This document shows, piece after piece, positions 10,690 to 22,337 of a stretch of DNA of 64,000 nt. Within the stretch, counting starts at the first letter, position 1, and every line of letters starts with the position of its first letter. Origin of the DNA: Saccharolobus islandicus REY15A (GTDB lineage Archaea > Thermoproteota > Thermoprotei_A > Sulfolobales > Sulfolobaceae); assembly GCF_000189555.1 (NCBI RefSeq), contig NC_017276.1. One strand, given 5' to 3'. The position numbers and the translations under genes are program-made. Under the pieces are notes generated by a model that saw nothing but the letters and a program-made list of their open reading frames with translations, was not told the DNA's origin and did not search any database.

Positions 10690-11979
10690 ATGAAATATGA
10701 TGTAATAATTATTGGTGCTGGCCATAACGGTCTAGTTTCCTCAATATATTTGGCTCAAAAAGGGCTTAAGGTATTAGTTATTGAGGCCAGAAATAGGCCC
10801 GGTGGAATGAGCGACACTGAAGAATATAAGGGAGTAAAATATAGTAGGGCGTCATACGTATTAGGTCTATTTCCTAAAAGAATTCAAGAGGAATTGGGGG
10901 TAGTTTTTCCTACAGTTGACTCAGATGTTGCTGACGTTTTCGTCACTGAAGATGGAAAGGTTGTGAATATATGGAGAAATAAGGAGAAAAGACTTGAGGA
11001 GTTTAAGCGACTAGGTCAAACCAAATACCCTAAAATGGAGGAATTATTGTTCAAGATTAAGGAGAAGATTGAAAAGGAAATGCAATACGTTACCAAACCA
11101 CCTTCCTTCGAGGATTTTGTGAAGGCAGTAGAAGGAACTGAACTTGAGATATTTACACAACCATCTAGAAAGTTCCTAAATGAATATCTAGATAAGGAAT
11201 TTCAACCTTATTTCTCATATGGATTTATGTACGATTTACCAGCATATGTTCTGGCATATTACTTTAGCCTAGACTGGAAGATAGTGAGGGGAGGAATGGG
11301 AAAAATAGGAGAAATATTAATGAATAGAGCTAAACAATTGGGTGTTGACTTTATATTCAATACAAAGGTGAATGAGATAATCATAAAGGATAACGTAGCA
11401 ACTGGTGTGAGAACCAATGCTGACAAAATTGTTGAGAGTAAAATAGTTATTAATGCTGTAAGTCCAGTTTTGCTGAACAAGTTGACCAACGGATTACTGA
11501 AAGTTTATCATCCGGAGTTCAGGCCTGGTTGGAAGAGGGATACTTTAATATTGAGGGAATTACCAAATCTACCGGATTACGTGAGAAATCATCCAGATAC
11601 GTTATTTACGCTACCAATAGGTGAAGTTACTATTCCTTCAACTGTTGATAATAGCCTAGGAGGTCATGTGATGACAATTATGGGTAGTTATGAAGAGGCT
11701 AAAGAGTTCTTCCCAGACTTGGAAAAGAAGGTAGTCCATGTTGATAGATTAGATGCTTATAAACTTGAGAGAGAATACAATGCCCCCTTCGGAGATATGA
11801 ATCATATGCCCATGTATACTGAATACTTGTTCGACGGTAGACCAGTTAAAGGTTGGGGATACACTACTCCGGTTAAGAACTTGTACGTAACTGGTTCTGG
11901 AACTTACCCAGGAGGACAAGTTACTGGAGTACCTGGAAGAAACGCTGCAATGAAGATTATAACTGATTTAGGTATCTAA
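10690..11979 (+). CDS. FAD-dependent oxidoreductase (phytoene-desaturase-like family)
   Basis: GAGHNGL Rossmann motif; C-terminal GSGTYPGGQVTGVPG. Confidence 0.85.
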   Translation: MKYDVIIIGAGHNGLVSSIYLAQKGLKVLVIEARNRPGGMSDTEEYKGVKYSRASYVLGLFPKRIQEELGVVFPTVDSDVADVFVTEDGKVVNIWRNKEKRLEEFKRLGQTKYPKMEELLFKIKEKIEKEMQYVTKPPSFEDFVKAVEGTELEIFTQPSRKFLNEYLDKEFQPYFSYGFMYDLPAYVLAYYFSLDWKIVRGGMGKIGEILMNRAKQLGVDFIFNTKVNEIIIKDNVATGVRTNADKIVESKIVINAVSPVLLNKLTNGLLKVYHPEFRPGWKRDTLILRELPNLPDYVRNHPDTLFTLPIGEVTIPSTVDNSLGGHVMTIMGSYEEAKEFFPDLEKKVVHVDRLDAYKLEREYNAPFGDMNHMPMYTEYLFDGRPVKGWGYTTPVKNLYVTGSGTYPGGQVTGVPGRNAAMKIITDLGI

Positions 11980-11981
11980 TA

Positions 11982-12497
11982 ATGTTGTTTACTATTGGTC
12001 ATTCAAATAGAAGCTTAGAAGATTTTATGGAAATATTAAGGAAGTATAACGTGGAAATATTAATAGATGTAAGGAGATGGCCTAAAAGTTCTAGATATCC
12101 ACACTTTAACAAGGAGAATCTCAAAAAGGCTTTAGAACAAAGTGGTATAGAATATTTATGGAAGGAACAGTTAGGAGGATATAGGAAAATCGGAAAAGAC
12201 GTTGAAGACATAGATATTGGTAAATGCTTTAAGAGCGAGGGTTTTAGAGCTTATGCAATTTACATTCTAACTAACGAAAGGGTTATGGAGGCATTAGAGG
12301 ATATTAGGAGAATTAATAAGATAAAGGTGATCATGTGCTCTGAGAAGTTTCCTTGGAATTGTCATAGAAAGATAATTTCTGACTGGTTTTTAGCTAGGGG
12401 AGATGAAGTAGTACACTTAATAGAAAAGGAAAGCACTATCAAACATAAACTCACTACATGCGCAGAAATTGTGAAAAATAATTTAAACTATAAATAA
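11982..12497 (+). CDS. DUF488 family protein
   Basis: FTIGHS, LIDVRRWP and MCSEKFPWNCHR motifs. Confidence 0.85.
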   Translation: MLFTIGHSNRSLEDFMEILRKYNVEILIDVRRWPKSSRYPHFNKENLKKALEQSGIEYLWKEQLGGYRKIGKDVEDIDIGKCFKSEGFRAYAIYILTNERVMEALEDIRRINKIKVIMCSEKFPWNCHRKIISDWFLARGDEVVHLIEKESTIKHKLTTCAEIVKNNLNYK

Positions 12498-12508
12498 TTT
12501 AGCTAAAT

Positions 12509-13321
12509 TCAACTAATTTTTAATATTCTTTTAGCGTTATCTCTCATTATCTTCTCATCCTTTAAAACATTATATACTTGATAGGCGTATTCAGCTAAAT
12601 CTTGCCCCTTAAATGCTGGGAAATCACTTCCGTAAATTATCTTATCTGAAATTTCGTGCAATCTAGGTAATACTTTCAATATGTTCTTAGGGGGAATAGA
12701 CGAGATCTCTAGGAACACGTTTCGTGTAAAACGAGCCATGTGGAATGCAGTATTGTACCATAGTGGTCTCCCTGCATGTGCTAGGATTATCCTAAGTTTC
12801 GGGAAATCCTTAGCAACGTCATCGGCGTAAATCGGATCAGCATATTTATTTCTACTTTCTACTCCTATACTTGTTCCAGTGTGAATTAGGATAGGTAAAT
12901 CGTGATCTTCAGCGAATTCATATACGTAAAGTAGTTGCTTTAGTCCTCCTTCCTCTTCTCTATACGCATTAGGCTTGAACGCATGATGTACGGGGTGTAG
13001 CTTAATTCCTATAATACCTAACGAATACTGTTTATCTAACTCTCTCCTAACATCACATCTCCACGGGTTTACTTCTCCCCATTGCAGATAAAGATCTGGA
13101 TTTCTCTTTCTCTCCTCGTAATCGATATAGAAACCATCATAACAGTCATCACTATGGCATGGATGTGAGGGAACAAGAAGGATTTTTTCAATTTCGACAA
13201 ACTCATTCTTTAAAGTTATACTTGTTTCCTCAACATTCTCTAAGAATTCCTTGCAGTGTTCAGGAATTTTTCTAGCATATATGTGATAATGAACATGAGC
13301 ATCAATAACTTTTATCATCAA
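12509..13321 (-). CDS. Amidohydrolase_2 family metal hydrolase
   Basis: IDAHVH, IHTG, LAHAG and YGSDFP motifs. Confidence 0.88.
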   Translation of the reverse strand: MMIKVIDAHVHYHIYARKIPEHCKEFLENVEETSITLKNEFVEIEKILLVPSHPCHSDDCYDGFYIDYEERKRNPDLYLQWGEVNPWRCDVRRELDKQYSLGIIGIKLHPVHHAFKPNAYREEEGGLKQLLYVYEFAEDHDLPILIHTGTSIGVESRNKYADPIYADDVAKDFPKLRIILAHAGRPLWYNTAFHMARFTRNVFLEISSIPPKNILKVLPRLHEISDKIIYGSDFPAFKGQDLAEYAYQVYNVLKDEKIMRDNAKRILKIS

Positions 13322-13345
13322 GATAGGTATGTTTCATTTCTATTA

Positions 13346-13981
13346 TTAATATCTATCTTTGAGTTTGAAATGATGAAACTCGTCTTGAGACGCTATGATC
13401 TTTAGTATTACCCTCTTAGCTTCTTCCTTGAACTGATTTACGTTTATATCTGGAGGAGTTACTCCTCTACATCTCATTTTTAGTATCTCATCTCTTATAT
13501 CCCCCATTTTCTTGGCAAAAGCCTTAATTTCCGTGGTGTCGTAACCAAGAGCCTCAACTAGATTCCTAGTCACTCTTACGCTTTTCCTTAATTCATGAAA
13601 ATCTGTCACGTCTTGTATTTGATGTAGAGAGGTGAGAATTCTATTATATATGACTAGTCTGGCACCATATATGTTATTATTGACAAAGCAAATTTTAAGT
13701 CCTCTAACTTCCTTTACAGCCCTAATGGCTAGTCTATTTCTTTCTTCATTAATTATTTCGCAGATATCCATGTCTCTGACCTTTCCTAATTTGCTAATTA
13801 ACTCTTTCGCTAAGAATAGACACTCCACGTTTTCGTATACTGGATAAAGAGCATATAGTACATCGAAATACTTTCTCACCGCCACCCTAATATCGTGAAT
13901 TTCCTCAACGCCAATACCATTTATTTGCAAGGCCTTTTTCAACTGTAGATTAAGGTAATTCTCAACTCGTGATACTGACAA
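13346..13981 (-). CDS. CHAD-domain (polyphosphate-binding) protein
   Basis: IHDIRVAVRK, LGKVRDMD and FHELRK repeats; polyP operon context. Confidence 0.82.
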   Translation of the reverse strand: MSVSRVENYLNLQLKKALQINGIGVEEIHDIRVAVRKYFDVLYALYPVYENVECLFLAKELISKLGKVRDMDICEIINEERNRLAIRAVKEVRGLKICFVNNNIYGARLVIYNRILTSLHQIQDVTDFHELRKSVRVTRNLVEALGYDTTEIKAFAKKMGDIRDEILKMRCRGVTPPDINVNQFKEEAKRVILKIIASQDEFHHFKLKDRY

Positions 13982-14588
13982 TTCTCCTCACTATCTCCTT
14001 TTGTACCTCATCGAATTCCTTGTCGGTGTATATTATGTTTTCCTTGGAGGAGATTGACATTAAAACTTCTTGAAACCTATTAATGTAATCTATGTATGCC
14101 TCAAATGTGTCCTCCTTTATACAGATGTCTATTCCAGTTTCTAATGGATCTAGATAACCTCTTTTCTTTATTATCCTTCTTACTATTTCGTCAGGAGTTG
14201 ATATTAGCGGTAAGGAAACTGAAGGTTTTGGAAGAATTGAGAGGACATCATCTATCCATTCTTTCTCCAATCCCCTAGTTAAACCCCATGAAGTTAATGT
14301 GAGTGTATAACCGTCAGCTAAAGCTATAAATCCAGAATCTATTGATGGGTTAACGTAATTCTCAATTTGATCAGCCAAGTCTGTGACATAGGCTAAAAAT
14401 AATGTCCTTCTCTCAAATACTATATTTCTCTTAACTTGCGTTATTCTTTCTCCTAATAATTTTGACTTCTGTAATCCAAATGTAATTATTCCGTATCCTT
14501 GTTTCTCCAAATACTTTTTTGTAGCTTCTAGATGAGATGTTTTACCAGATCCTTCAATTCCTTCAAAGGCTATTATCAATGTATTCAC
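13962..14588 (-). CDS. Thymidylate-kinase-like P-loop protein (probable PPK3 subunit)
   Basis: [11 protein letters not shown]-loop; tandem with a paralog inside the ppx/CHAD operon. Confidence 0.75.
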   Translation of the reverse strand: MNTLIIAFEGIEGSGKTSHLEATKKYLEKQGYGIITFGLQKSKLLGERITQVKRNIVFERRTLFLAYVTDLADQIENYVNPSIDSGFIALADGYTLTLTSWGLTRGLEKEWIDDVLSILPKPSVSLPLISTPDEIVRRIIKKRGYLDPLETGIDICIKEDTFEAYIDYINRFQEVLMSISSKENIIYTDKEFDEVQKEIVRRIVSITS

Positions 14589-15204
14589 CCAAAATCTTTC
14601 TTATGTCCATCTGAACGTCCTTTAGTGGTCTATTTCCATCTATCGTTATGAAATTGCTTTCCTCTTTAGCTATTTTATCGTAAATCTCTACAACCATACC
14701 TTGATATTTTAAAAAGCCCTCTTCCAATGGAAGCTCACCCAATATATCAATTCCAGCTTCTTGTGGCTTTATTTTCCTCTTAGCCTTTTTAATTCTCTCC
14801 AAGGCGACTTCTGGTGTGACCCTTATGTAAAAGGTAAAATTAGGCTTTATCGCAAAGGAATACAGTTTCTTCACCCAATTAAAGTCCACGTTCCTAACCA
14901 CATCTCTAGCGTAAGCAGTGTATATGTAGCGATCGCATATAACAACAAATCCACTTTTAAGCATTGGCAAAATGAACCTTTCATACCTATCTGAAAAATC
15001 AGTCGCATGAATAAGGCTAAAGGTTGTGGGTGTGAGCGTATTCTTCTTTTTAGCTTCTTTTATTATATCGTGGATCCAGTCAGATGAGTTCCACTCAGTT
15101 AGGTAAACGTCTCTTCTCATTTCAATCCAATCTTTGAGTAATACCGCTTGACTAGACTTACCAGAACCATCTATACCCTCAAAAGCTATTAACAAACCTT
15201 TCAT
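14563..15204 (-). CDS. Thymidylate-kinase-like P-loop protein (probable PPK3 subunit)
   Basis: [11 protein letters not shown]-loop and CDRY motif; overlaps ppx by 4 nt. Confidence 0.78.
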   Translation of the reverse strand: MKGLLIAFEGIDGSGKSSQAVLLKDWIEMRRDVYLTEWNSSDWIHDIIKEAKKKNTLTPTTFSLIHATDFSDRYERFILPMLKSGFVVICDRYIYTAYARDVVRNVDFNWVKKLYSFAIKPNFTFYIRVTPEVALERIKKAKRKIKPQEAGIDILGELPLEEGFLKYQGMVVEIYDKIAKEESNFITIDGNRPLKDVQMDIRKILGEYIDNSL

Positions 15205-16457
15205 AATCTCACACCAGCTATGTACTTATCAATACTATTCTTCACTATATTTCCAAAACTTAATATTTCTTTTTTGGTAATATCCTCCTTTAGTAACTTA
15301 GCTTGTTTCTTCTTAACTTTCCCACCAGCAGCCTCACAAATCAAACCAACTAGTAACGCTTCATTTAGAGTAAAACCAGGTAAAACTGATTCCTTAATAA
15401 ATCTATAACAAGCCCTAAATGGATTGAAGTATCCAACCATCTTGAAGATTAACGATAATAGAGCTGATGATGCGACATAGAAAGAATATTTGCTATCTAC
15501 CTCACTTATAACTTCCTTAAAGATCTCAATAGGTGGAGGATCAATGGCATTAGAATACGATATTTCCTCCAACCAACTCATCTTATCTAAACTCTTACCT
15601 TCAGTCAGTACTCCCTCTCTCATACCGAATAGGGAGACAACTATATAACTTCCAGTGAAATATTTTACAAGTTCGTCAATAATAACTGATGCCGAATGTA
15701 TAGTTAAAGCCCTTTCTTTACTTATTCCCGGAAGGGATTGTCTACTATCAATATCTAGAGAAGGTAAAAGGGAGGCGTATTTACTAATTTGTTTAGAAGA
15801 GAGCGAATAACCGTGTATTGACTTAATTGGAAAAGAGGATAACTTAAGGTCAAGTTTAGCTAGTGCTCTAACGTTACCTCCAGAACCAACTATGACATTT
15901 GCTTTTTTAATGTTCGTAGTAGAGAGCTCATCGGATACTTTTTTCCTAATTTCCCTTTCTGGAAGGTTAACTAGCTTCAACGCTCCAATTGGCAACTGAT
16001 GTACTCTAATTATGTTTCCCGAACTAACTTCAGCTATTTCCAATGATCCTCCACCTAATTCAAAGAATACCCCTTCAGAAATTGGGAGCGTGTTCAAGAT
16101 ACCCAAGGCAGCATATCTCCCTTCCTCTTCCCCGGAAATCACTCTGACTTCATTTTCTATTATTTTACTTAGTCTATATCTAACTTCGTTACCATTGGAC
16201 GCATATCGAAATGCACTAGTTGCAACTATTTTAACTTCATTGACATTTACACCGTTTAATATCCTTTTAAAAATCATAAAAGCCCTCTCTGCCTTCGCCA
16301 CCTTTTCCTCAGAGATAATGTCTCCTTCCTTTAATCCTTCTCCTATTCTAACATATGATTTAGAGGAACCAATCATCCTGAACGTTCCATTACGAAAAAC
16401 CTGGTAAATTACCATTCTAAAGGAATTGTAGCCGCAATCTATAACTGCTGAGATCAT
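15201..16457 (-). CDS. ppx: Exopolyphosphatase (Ppx/GppA family)
   Basis: [24 protein letters not shown] and FELGGGSLE motifs. Confidence 0.92.
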   Translation of the reverse strand: MISAVIDCGYNSFRMVIYQVFRNGTFRMIGSSKSYVRIGEGLKEGDIISEEKVAKAERAFMIFKRILNGVNVNEVKIVATSAFRYASNGNEVRYRLSKIIENEVRVISGEEEGRYAALGILNTLPISEGVFFELGGGSLEIAEVSSGNIIRVHQLPIGALKLVNLPEREIRKKVSDELSTTNIKKANVIVGSGGNVRALAKLDLKLSSFPIKSIHGYSLSSKQISKYASLLPSLDIDSRQSLPGISKERALTIHSASVIIDELVKYFTGSYIVVSLFGMREGVLTEGKSLDKMSWLEEISYSNAIDPPPIEIFKEVISEVDSKYSFYVASSALLSLIFKMVGYFNPFRACYRFIKESVLPGFTLNEALLVGLICEAAGGKVKKKQAKLLKEDITKKEILSFGNIVKNSIDKYIAGVRL

Positions 16458-16943
16458 CTAAATCAGCTTTAGAACTTTCTGGCTGAGGAGAGTTTTCAAA
16501 ACTCCTCTCCCTTCCTTCAGATCATAATCTACAATTACAACTCCACCTTTCTTAATCTCAACGTTACCTCCACTTATTGCCTTTACGAAATTTGACAGAT
16601 ACGGTTCGTGGCCTACGACGAGAATAGTTGAGTTATCAGCGAAATCCTTAAGCTTTTCAAGAAATAGAGAGGGTTCCTTATCTGGAGTTAAGTCATCCAA
16701 AGTCTCTACTTTTTTCTCGCTATCATTATCGTATAGTTCTTCTAATATAACTTCAGCAGATTGATATGCTCTTAAGTATGGGCTGGAAATTATTCGATCT
16801 ACATTAAATCCCAATTCCTCCAAGAAATTCGCAACTCTCCTCATTTGCTTTACTCCCTTTTTCACTAGTCTTCTATCCTTATCGTCTTTACCATCAACTT
16901 GCGGTTCAGCGTCTCCGTGCCTCACCAAGATTAAAGTTATCAT
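16458..16943 (-). CDS. sixA: SixA-like phosphohistidine phosphatase
   Basis: LVRHGDAE, SSPYLRA and VVGHEP motifs. Confidence 0.88.
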   Translation of the reverse strand: MITLILVRHGDAEPQVDGKDDKDRRLVKKGVKQMRRVANFLEELGFNVDRIISSPYLRAYQSAEVILEELYDNDSEKKVETLDDLTPDKEPSLFLEKLKDFADNSTILVVGHEPYLSNFVKAISGGNVEIKKGGVVIVDYDLKEGRGVLKTLLSQKVLKLI

Positions 16944-17095
16944 GTTCTATAATAACGTCTCAGAATATTTAAGCATTTTTGTATAGTAGATATTCAAAAT
17001 CTCAATTCTCCTTATCATATGTGGTCATGGCACTTTCTACGTTCGAGTTGGGAAAAATCAAATGGATTTATAGGTAAATAATTCTAAATGTTTAA

Positions 17096-17416
17096 CTTAA
17101 TTAGGGGTTAAGGGGGCGAAAGTCCCCTTCCGTAAGGTAGGGGATGAATAGCCCCCTTATAGAAACCTTTTTATTGCAAAAAATAGATAATTCTTAGGCC
17201 TCGGCTGTAAGAGCTGGGCCGTACCTTTGGTACTGGGGGAACTTACGCCTGTGGAGAGCAACCCTCCGTAACCCCTCTTCCACACGGGGCATTACAGAAC
17301 GGTTCCGTTCGATGGAACCTCCGCTGTGGGTGAAGGGGGATCGAGGTTGCTCTGAGAAGCAGGAAATCCCCATCGTGAGGTGGAGATGCCCTGTTCGTAA
17401 GGGCGGGGTAGTTCAC
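17096..17416 (+). mobile_element. SMN1-like non-autonomous IS200/IS605 MITE, copy 2 (321 bp)
   Basis: TTTAA at 17091-17095; near-identical to 4070-4390. Confidence 0.92.
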
Positions 17417-17418
17417 TA

Positions 17419-17520
17419 GAAACTCCTAACTCTTCAGATGAGATAGTTATTGCATTCGATGAGGTGCAAGAGTTATCCTTTGCATCTAAGCAGTTTTATT
17501 TTGGGGAACGTTTACGCTAG
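17419..17520 (+). pseudogene. Archaeal AAA+ ATPase fragment (Walker B region)
   Basis: Translates IVIAFDEVQELS; no start codon; abuts the MITE. Confidence 0.4.
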
Positions 17521-17624
17521 TTAATTTTAACTTTGTCTCAAAAGTGGATGGCGAGTATAAGATTGTTGATCCAATATTGAATGAGATTGATTCAGTTAGT
17601 GTTAAAAGAAAAAGAAAAAATATT

Positions 17625-18527
17625 TTACTTCTTAACTAGTTTTTTAATTTCCTCCCACATCTCATCGATTTCCTCTTGTATACCCTTTATTTCCTCTTCA
17701 GTGAGCTGTTTAAATCTTCCTTGCAATTTTAAATACTCCGCTACTGGTTTCCTATTCTTCTTGTCAAGTAGTGTCTTACTTACACTAGTCAATCTAAACT
17801 CACCATTTTCTATTTCAAAGAGTGGCCAAACTCCAGTCTCAACTGCAAGTTTCGCAGTGTCAATAGTCAATTTAGAGTCGAAACGCCATCCGGGCGGACA
17901 TGGGGATAATAAGTGTAAATATCTAAATCCACGAATTTGCTTAGCTTTCCTCACCTTGGCTTCATAATCGTATATGTAAGCAATTGAAGCAGTAGCTACA
18001 TATGGTACTTTATGTTCTGCAATTATGAATGGTAAGGGTTTCTTATATTCCCTCTTACCTTCTGGAGTTGTCGTTGTCCATGCGCCTTTTGGCGTCAAGC
18101 TTGAACGTTGAATTCCAGTATTCATATACGCTTCGTTATCATAACATACGTAAAGGATATCCTCATTTCTCTCTGCAGCACCGCTTAATGATGCAAATCC
18201 TATATCTCCAGTAGAACCATCACCAGCCCATACGGTTACTATTACATCCTTATCTCCCCTAGTCCTTAAAGCTCTAACAATGCCGGAAGCTATAGCTGCG
18301 GGAGCACCAAATGCACTATGTATCACTGGGACAGTTGAAGGCATTCCACTTGTATCTCCCATTATTATTGTGGTACATGAGGCTGGAACGACTAGAACGG
18401 TTTTATTTCCTAAAACCTCTAGGAGTACATCTAACTCTTTAGGTATTGGGCAACCCGGACAAGCAGCATTACCTCTATAGAACTTGGGTATCCTCTTAGG
18501 TGTAACTAAACTACTCACAACAACCAC
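17625..18527 (-). CDS. porB: 2-oxoacid:ferredoxin oxidoreductase beta subunit
   Basis: CPGC, GDG...[12 protein letters not shown] motif, LSPCP. Confidence 0.9.
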   Translation of the reverse strand: MVVVSSLVTPKRIPKFYRGNAACPGCPIPKELDVLLEVLGNKTVLVVPASCTTIIMGDTSGMPSTVPVIHSAFGAPAAIASGIVRALRTRGDKDVIVTVWAGDGSTGDIGFASLSGAAERNEDILYVCYDNEAYMNTGIQRSSLTPKGAWTTTTPEGKREYKKPLPFIIAEHKVPYVATASIAYIYDYEAKVRKAKQIRGFRYLHLLSPCPPGWRFDSKLTIDTAKLAVETGVWPLFEIENGEFRLTSVSKTLLDKKNRKPVAEYLKLQGRFKQLTEEEIKGIQEEIDEMWEEIKKLVKK

Positions 18528-19672
18528 CTCTCCTCTTCCAAATTATCGTTGATTAGGTCTTCAATCACCTTTTGGAAGTGACGTGGCCTAACGTCCTTTC
18601 CACCAATACCTGCTATTACGCTGTAAACTGGTACTCTATAGCCATAAAGTGTAGCTTTTATCTCATTTGCTAAAATCCCCCCAGAACCATACGAATAAGC
18701 TCTATCGAGAACTATTACACCTTTCATTGACCTTAAGTATTCCTCTATTTTCTCCTTTGGGAATGGTCTAAATACCCTGATTTTGAGCAATCCAGCCTCA
18801 ACCCCAGCATCCCTTAGTCTATCCACAGCAACCTTACAGTCACCACTCCACGCTCCCATGGTAACGAAAACGTATTTGGCATCTTCACATTTATAACACT
18901 CAACTAAACCGTTTTGTTTCCTTCCACTTATCCTCTCGTATTCATTCATTACTTCCTCAATAACCCCTTTAGCTCTTTCCATGGCCTTCATAGCCTCATA
19001 CCTATACTTGATGTAATTCTCTGGAGTTGCGATTGGTCCAACACCAATAGGATCAGAGAAGTCAATTAGGTTAAATTGTCTAGGCGGTAAAAAGTTGTCA
19101 ACCTCACCATCCTCTAATACCTCAATCCTTTCCATTGTGTGAGTTAATATGAAGCCATCAAATCCCATCATGACTGGTAAGATTACTCTCTCATCTTCTG
19201 AAATTCTAAACGCTTGTATTGTCATATCGTAAGCCTCTTGAACGTTTTCTGCCATCATTTGAATCCAAATTGCATCTCTCTTACTTAGGAAATCTTGATG
19301 ATCATCCCAAATACTCCAAGGCTCTGCAATTGCCCTAGTTGCAACTGCAGCAACCATAGGGACTCTTTGACCTCCAGCCCAATATATCATCTCAGTCATG
19401 TATAGTAGTCCTTGAGAAGACGTTGCAGTGAAAACTCTAGCACCAGCCAATGCAGCACCATAAATTGAAGCCAACGCAGAATGCTCACTTTCCACCTTTA
19501 TTAACTCAGCATTTAATTCCTCAGAAGCTATGTATTCGGAAATTTTCTCTAGCATTGTAGTTTGAGGAGTTATTGGGAACACCGCTAAAACTTGAGGTTT
19601 AGATTGCTTAACAGCATAAGCAACTGCATGATTACCAACTAAAGCTAAGGCTTTCCTCTTTAAAACTTGCAT
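18515..19672 (-). CDS. porA: 2-oxoacid:ferredoxin oxidoreductase alpha subunit
   Basis: FPITPQT, ESEHSA and ATSSQGL motifs. Confidence 0.9.
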   Translation of the reverse strand: MQVLKRKALALVGNHAVAYAVKQSKPQVLAVFPITPQTTMLEKISEYIASEELNAELIKVESEHSALASIYGAALAGARVFTATSSQGLLYMTEMIYWAGGQRVPMVAAVATRAIAEPWSIWDDHQDFLSKRDAIWIQMMAENVQEAYDMTIQAFRISEDERVILPVMMGFDGFILTHTMERIEVLEDGEVDNFLPPRQFNLIDFSDPIGVGPIATPENYIKYRYEAMKAMERAKGVIEEVMNEYERISGRKQNGLVECYKCEDAKYVFVTMGAWSGDCKVAVDRLRDAGVEAGLLKIRVFRPFPKEKIEEYLRSMKGVIVLDRAYSYGSGGILANEIKATLYGYRVPVYSVIAGIGGKDVRPRHFQKVIEDLINDNLEEERWLL

Positions 19673-19675
19673 AAT

Positions 19676-19942
19676 TCACTTCACCTCCCTAACCATATCT
19701 ATTGCCTTAGGTGGGCAAACTTGTGCGCAAACACCACAACCTTTACAATAATCGTAATCAATTTGAGGATAGAGGTTCTCTAGGAGATCAATAGTATTTT
19801 CTGGGCAATAAATTACGCAAAGTCTACACTTAGTACACTTATTGTAATCAACTACTGGTTTCTCAACTCTCCATAATCCAGTTTTTCCCGCAGATCCTAT
19901 CCTTGGCCTAGCTACTGGTACTCCCATGGGGATTTTAATCAA
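19676..19942 (-). CDS. porD: 2-oxoacid:ferredoxin oxidoreductase delta subunit (2x[4Fe-4S])
   Basis: [12 protein letters not shown] and [12 protein letters not shown]. Confidence 0.9.
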   Translation of the reverse strand: MIKIPMGVPVARPRIGSAGKTGLWRVEKPVVDYNKCTKCRLCVIYCPENTIDLLENLYPQIDYDYCKGCGVCAQVCPPKAIDMVREVK

Positions 19943-20483
19943 CCCTTTTCACCCCCTTATATCCCATTTCAACCGCTTCCGCATTGAGTTCCCCTATCTT
20001 TCCCGGGAATTCTTCCTTTACAGTCTCTTCCAACGAGTGTAAGGAAGGTTGCCCCAAGATTTTCACTAAAGCTCCTATCATCGCGGTATTAACAACAGCC
20101 CATCCAGCTACGACTAGCCCTAATTCTTTAGCAATACTTGTAGCGTCAACAATATACTCACTTTTCCAAATTCTCTTAGGCGTATTTGTGTTTAGTAGTA
20201 AGAAACCGTTTTCTTTGAGTCCCTCTGTAACGTTAATTATTTGAATGAGTGACGTATCAAATATTGCAACACCGTCTGGATTGTAAACTTCTCTATGTAA
20301 AAGTATCGGCTTATCTGACAGCCTTAGAAATGATACGACTGGAGCTCCTCTCCTTTCCCCACCGAAAAAGGGTATGGATTGGGCGTATTTATCCTCTAAA
20401 ACCATGGCCTTTGTAACAAGTTCCCCAGCAGTAACTATTCCTTGCCCTCCCCTTCCCCTTAAAGCTAATTCAATAAGAGTCAT
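19935..20483 (-). CDS. porG: 2-oxoacid:ferredoxin oxidoreductase gamma subunit
   Basis: GRGGQG and FGGERRGAP motifs. Confidence 0.9.
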   Translation of the reverse strand: MTLIELALRGRGGQGIVTAGELVTKAMVLEDKYAQSIPFFGGERRGAPVVSFLRLSDKPILLHREVYNPDGVAIFDTSLIQIINVTEGLKENGFLLLNTNTPKRIWKSEYIVDATSIAKELGLVVAGWAVVNTAMIGALVKILGQPSLHSLEETVKEEFPGKIGELNAEAVEMGYKGVKRVD

Positions 20484-20659
20484 TTTATCACAATAATAAT
20501 ATTCGACTCGTAGGAAAAAAAGTTGTCCTAAAACGAAATATAATAAAGATATTTAACGCGGTTGAACCAGATTATTTTTATATACAGATTAAAATATGAT
20601 ATTTCTCTACTGCGAAATATTTGATGAGATTTTATTAGTTAGTTTACGTAATAACTTTT

Positions 20660-20836
20660 ATGATACAAGAACATTTACCTCTTATAACGGGAAAAGGAAG
20701 TTATATTGATGGCATTAGCCCGAAAAATGTAGTTTATCTTAGTGTGGTTAGGTCTCCAATAGCTAGGGGTATAATAAAGAACATATCTAAACCGAGTCTG
20801 GGACAAATTAGTTTAATGGGTTCTAAATTTATATAG
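20660..20836 (+). pseudogene. N-terminal fragment of xanthine/aldehyde dehydrogenase-family molybdopterin subunit
   Basis: MIQEHLPLITGKGSYIDG...VVRSPIARGIIKNI, stopping after 58 aa, just before IS debris. Confidence 0.7.
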
Positions 20837-20879
20837 TGTTTCAAGATTTTTAATCTAACGCTTTAGACCATAGTAGGTC

Positions 20880-21830
20880 GTGAATCGTGACCCTCGCTAA
20901 GACCGCCAAGTGGATCTTCTCTTCCCTGACCTTATTTATGATCTACCTTGTCCTCCTTTTGATGGAGGAGATCAGAGACTCTGCCTTCTCACGCTTGAAA
21001 TACTCCTCCAAATATTCCAGTGGGTTCTTCATGAACCTCAATATCATCTCCCTCAACCTTTTCCCTCCTTTGATCGTGGCGTTAGACCTAGGTATCAAGT
21101 AGACCTCGGAATCAAGGAAGTCATCCAGTGTAGACTTTTTGTAGTACTTGTCAGTTCTCAAGAAGTCCTTGCACGCCAAGATCCCTCAGGACCTCGAGGG
21201 CCATCTCATAAGCCTCTCTCTCACTCTCAAGCGAATAACCATAAGCTACAATCAAGTTACTGCCTAAGTCAAAGATGAAGAAGGAGTACACGAAGTCCTT
21301 CCCTTCCTTCATCTCTTCCCCAGACTTCTCCCTTTCACTCCTGTAATGCTTGGTCACTACTAGGGAATAGCTTGTCCCGTCTATGACCGCGTCCATCTTA
21401 AGGCCACTAACGGTCTATGGGAGCAGGTTGTAGAGAATGACGAAGACGTCAGGGTCGGAGTGTAGTCTCTCTACTGTCTTGTAGCTTATCTCCTCCTTCG
21501 TTAGGTTCAGTAGTGATGCCAGTTCTGCGGTTTCCTTGTTGGATAACCCTAGGTATTCCTTGATTATCAGTATGTACGCCTTCTCTTGAGGGGTTAACTT
21601 GCTCTTCCTCCCTTGTTCTTTCTTGATCTTCACGAACTTCCCTGCTTCATCTATGTCCTGCCTTAACTCTTGACCGAACCTCCTTAATCTAGCTAGCCTC
21701 TTCGCTCTCCTCAGTGTTCTCCATCTTACTGAGCCTACTTTCCTTGTACAACTTGATCAAGTCCTCTATTGACTCCTTGAAGTCGTCTAAGTCCTTCTGA
21801 GTTAACTTCTTATTCATGTGTTCATAATAC
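20880..21830 (-). mobile_element. Degenerate DDE transposase (ISC1217-like) with several frameshifts
   Basis: Consecutive fragments 21415..21633, 21151..21396 (DAVIDGT) and 20943..21179 (KAESLISSIKR); GC-richer than flanks; ends not resolved. Confidence 0.6.
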
Positions 21831-21874
21831 AAAATAAGATGTATCTAAAGTTTTTGTCCCAGAGTCGCTTAAAG

Positions 21875-22198
21875 TTAGTTTTTAGGTAATAATCTAGGAT
21901 TTACTTCCATTATTTTTATTAAATTGTCCAAAGTTTTCAACTTCTCTTTCACTTCCACCTCTTTCTTGTCTAATTCCTTTCGCAATTCGTCTAATTTCTT
22001 TTCTAACTCATCGAGGTTTTTGTTACATTTTTCTTCAACTTCTTTAAGTTTCTCGTTAGCCTCGTCGAAATCCTTAAGGTGTTTCAGTGTTGCATAAATG
22101 AGAGAGGCTACCATAATTCTCTCATCTTCTGTTAATTGCTCACCAGCCACAAACTTATCTAATGCATCGGCAAGTTGTTTTATCCATTCTTCAAGCAT
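21875..22198 (-). CDS. Small coiled-coil hypothetical protein
   Basis: Likely start MLEEWIKQ at 22198; long E/K heptad stretch. Confidence 0.55.
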   Translation of the reverse strand: MLEEWIKQLADALDKFVAGEQLTEDERIMVASLIYATLKHLKDFDEANEKLKEVEEKCNKNLDELEKKLDELRKELDKKEVEVKEKLKTLDNLIKIMEVNPRLLPKN

Positions 22199-22337
22199 TA
22201 TAATCAAAGTAGTAGAGGATTTATATTTATTTTTTGCATTCCTTATTAAAACCGTCAATTTCCCTTCTGTTGTGCGTATGAGAAAGCTTAAATTAGTTTG
22301 CAATGAGAAGATTAATTTGATGCCTTCGTTCGGCATT

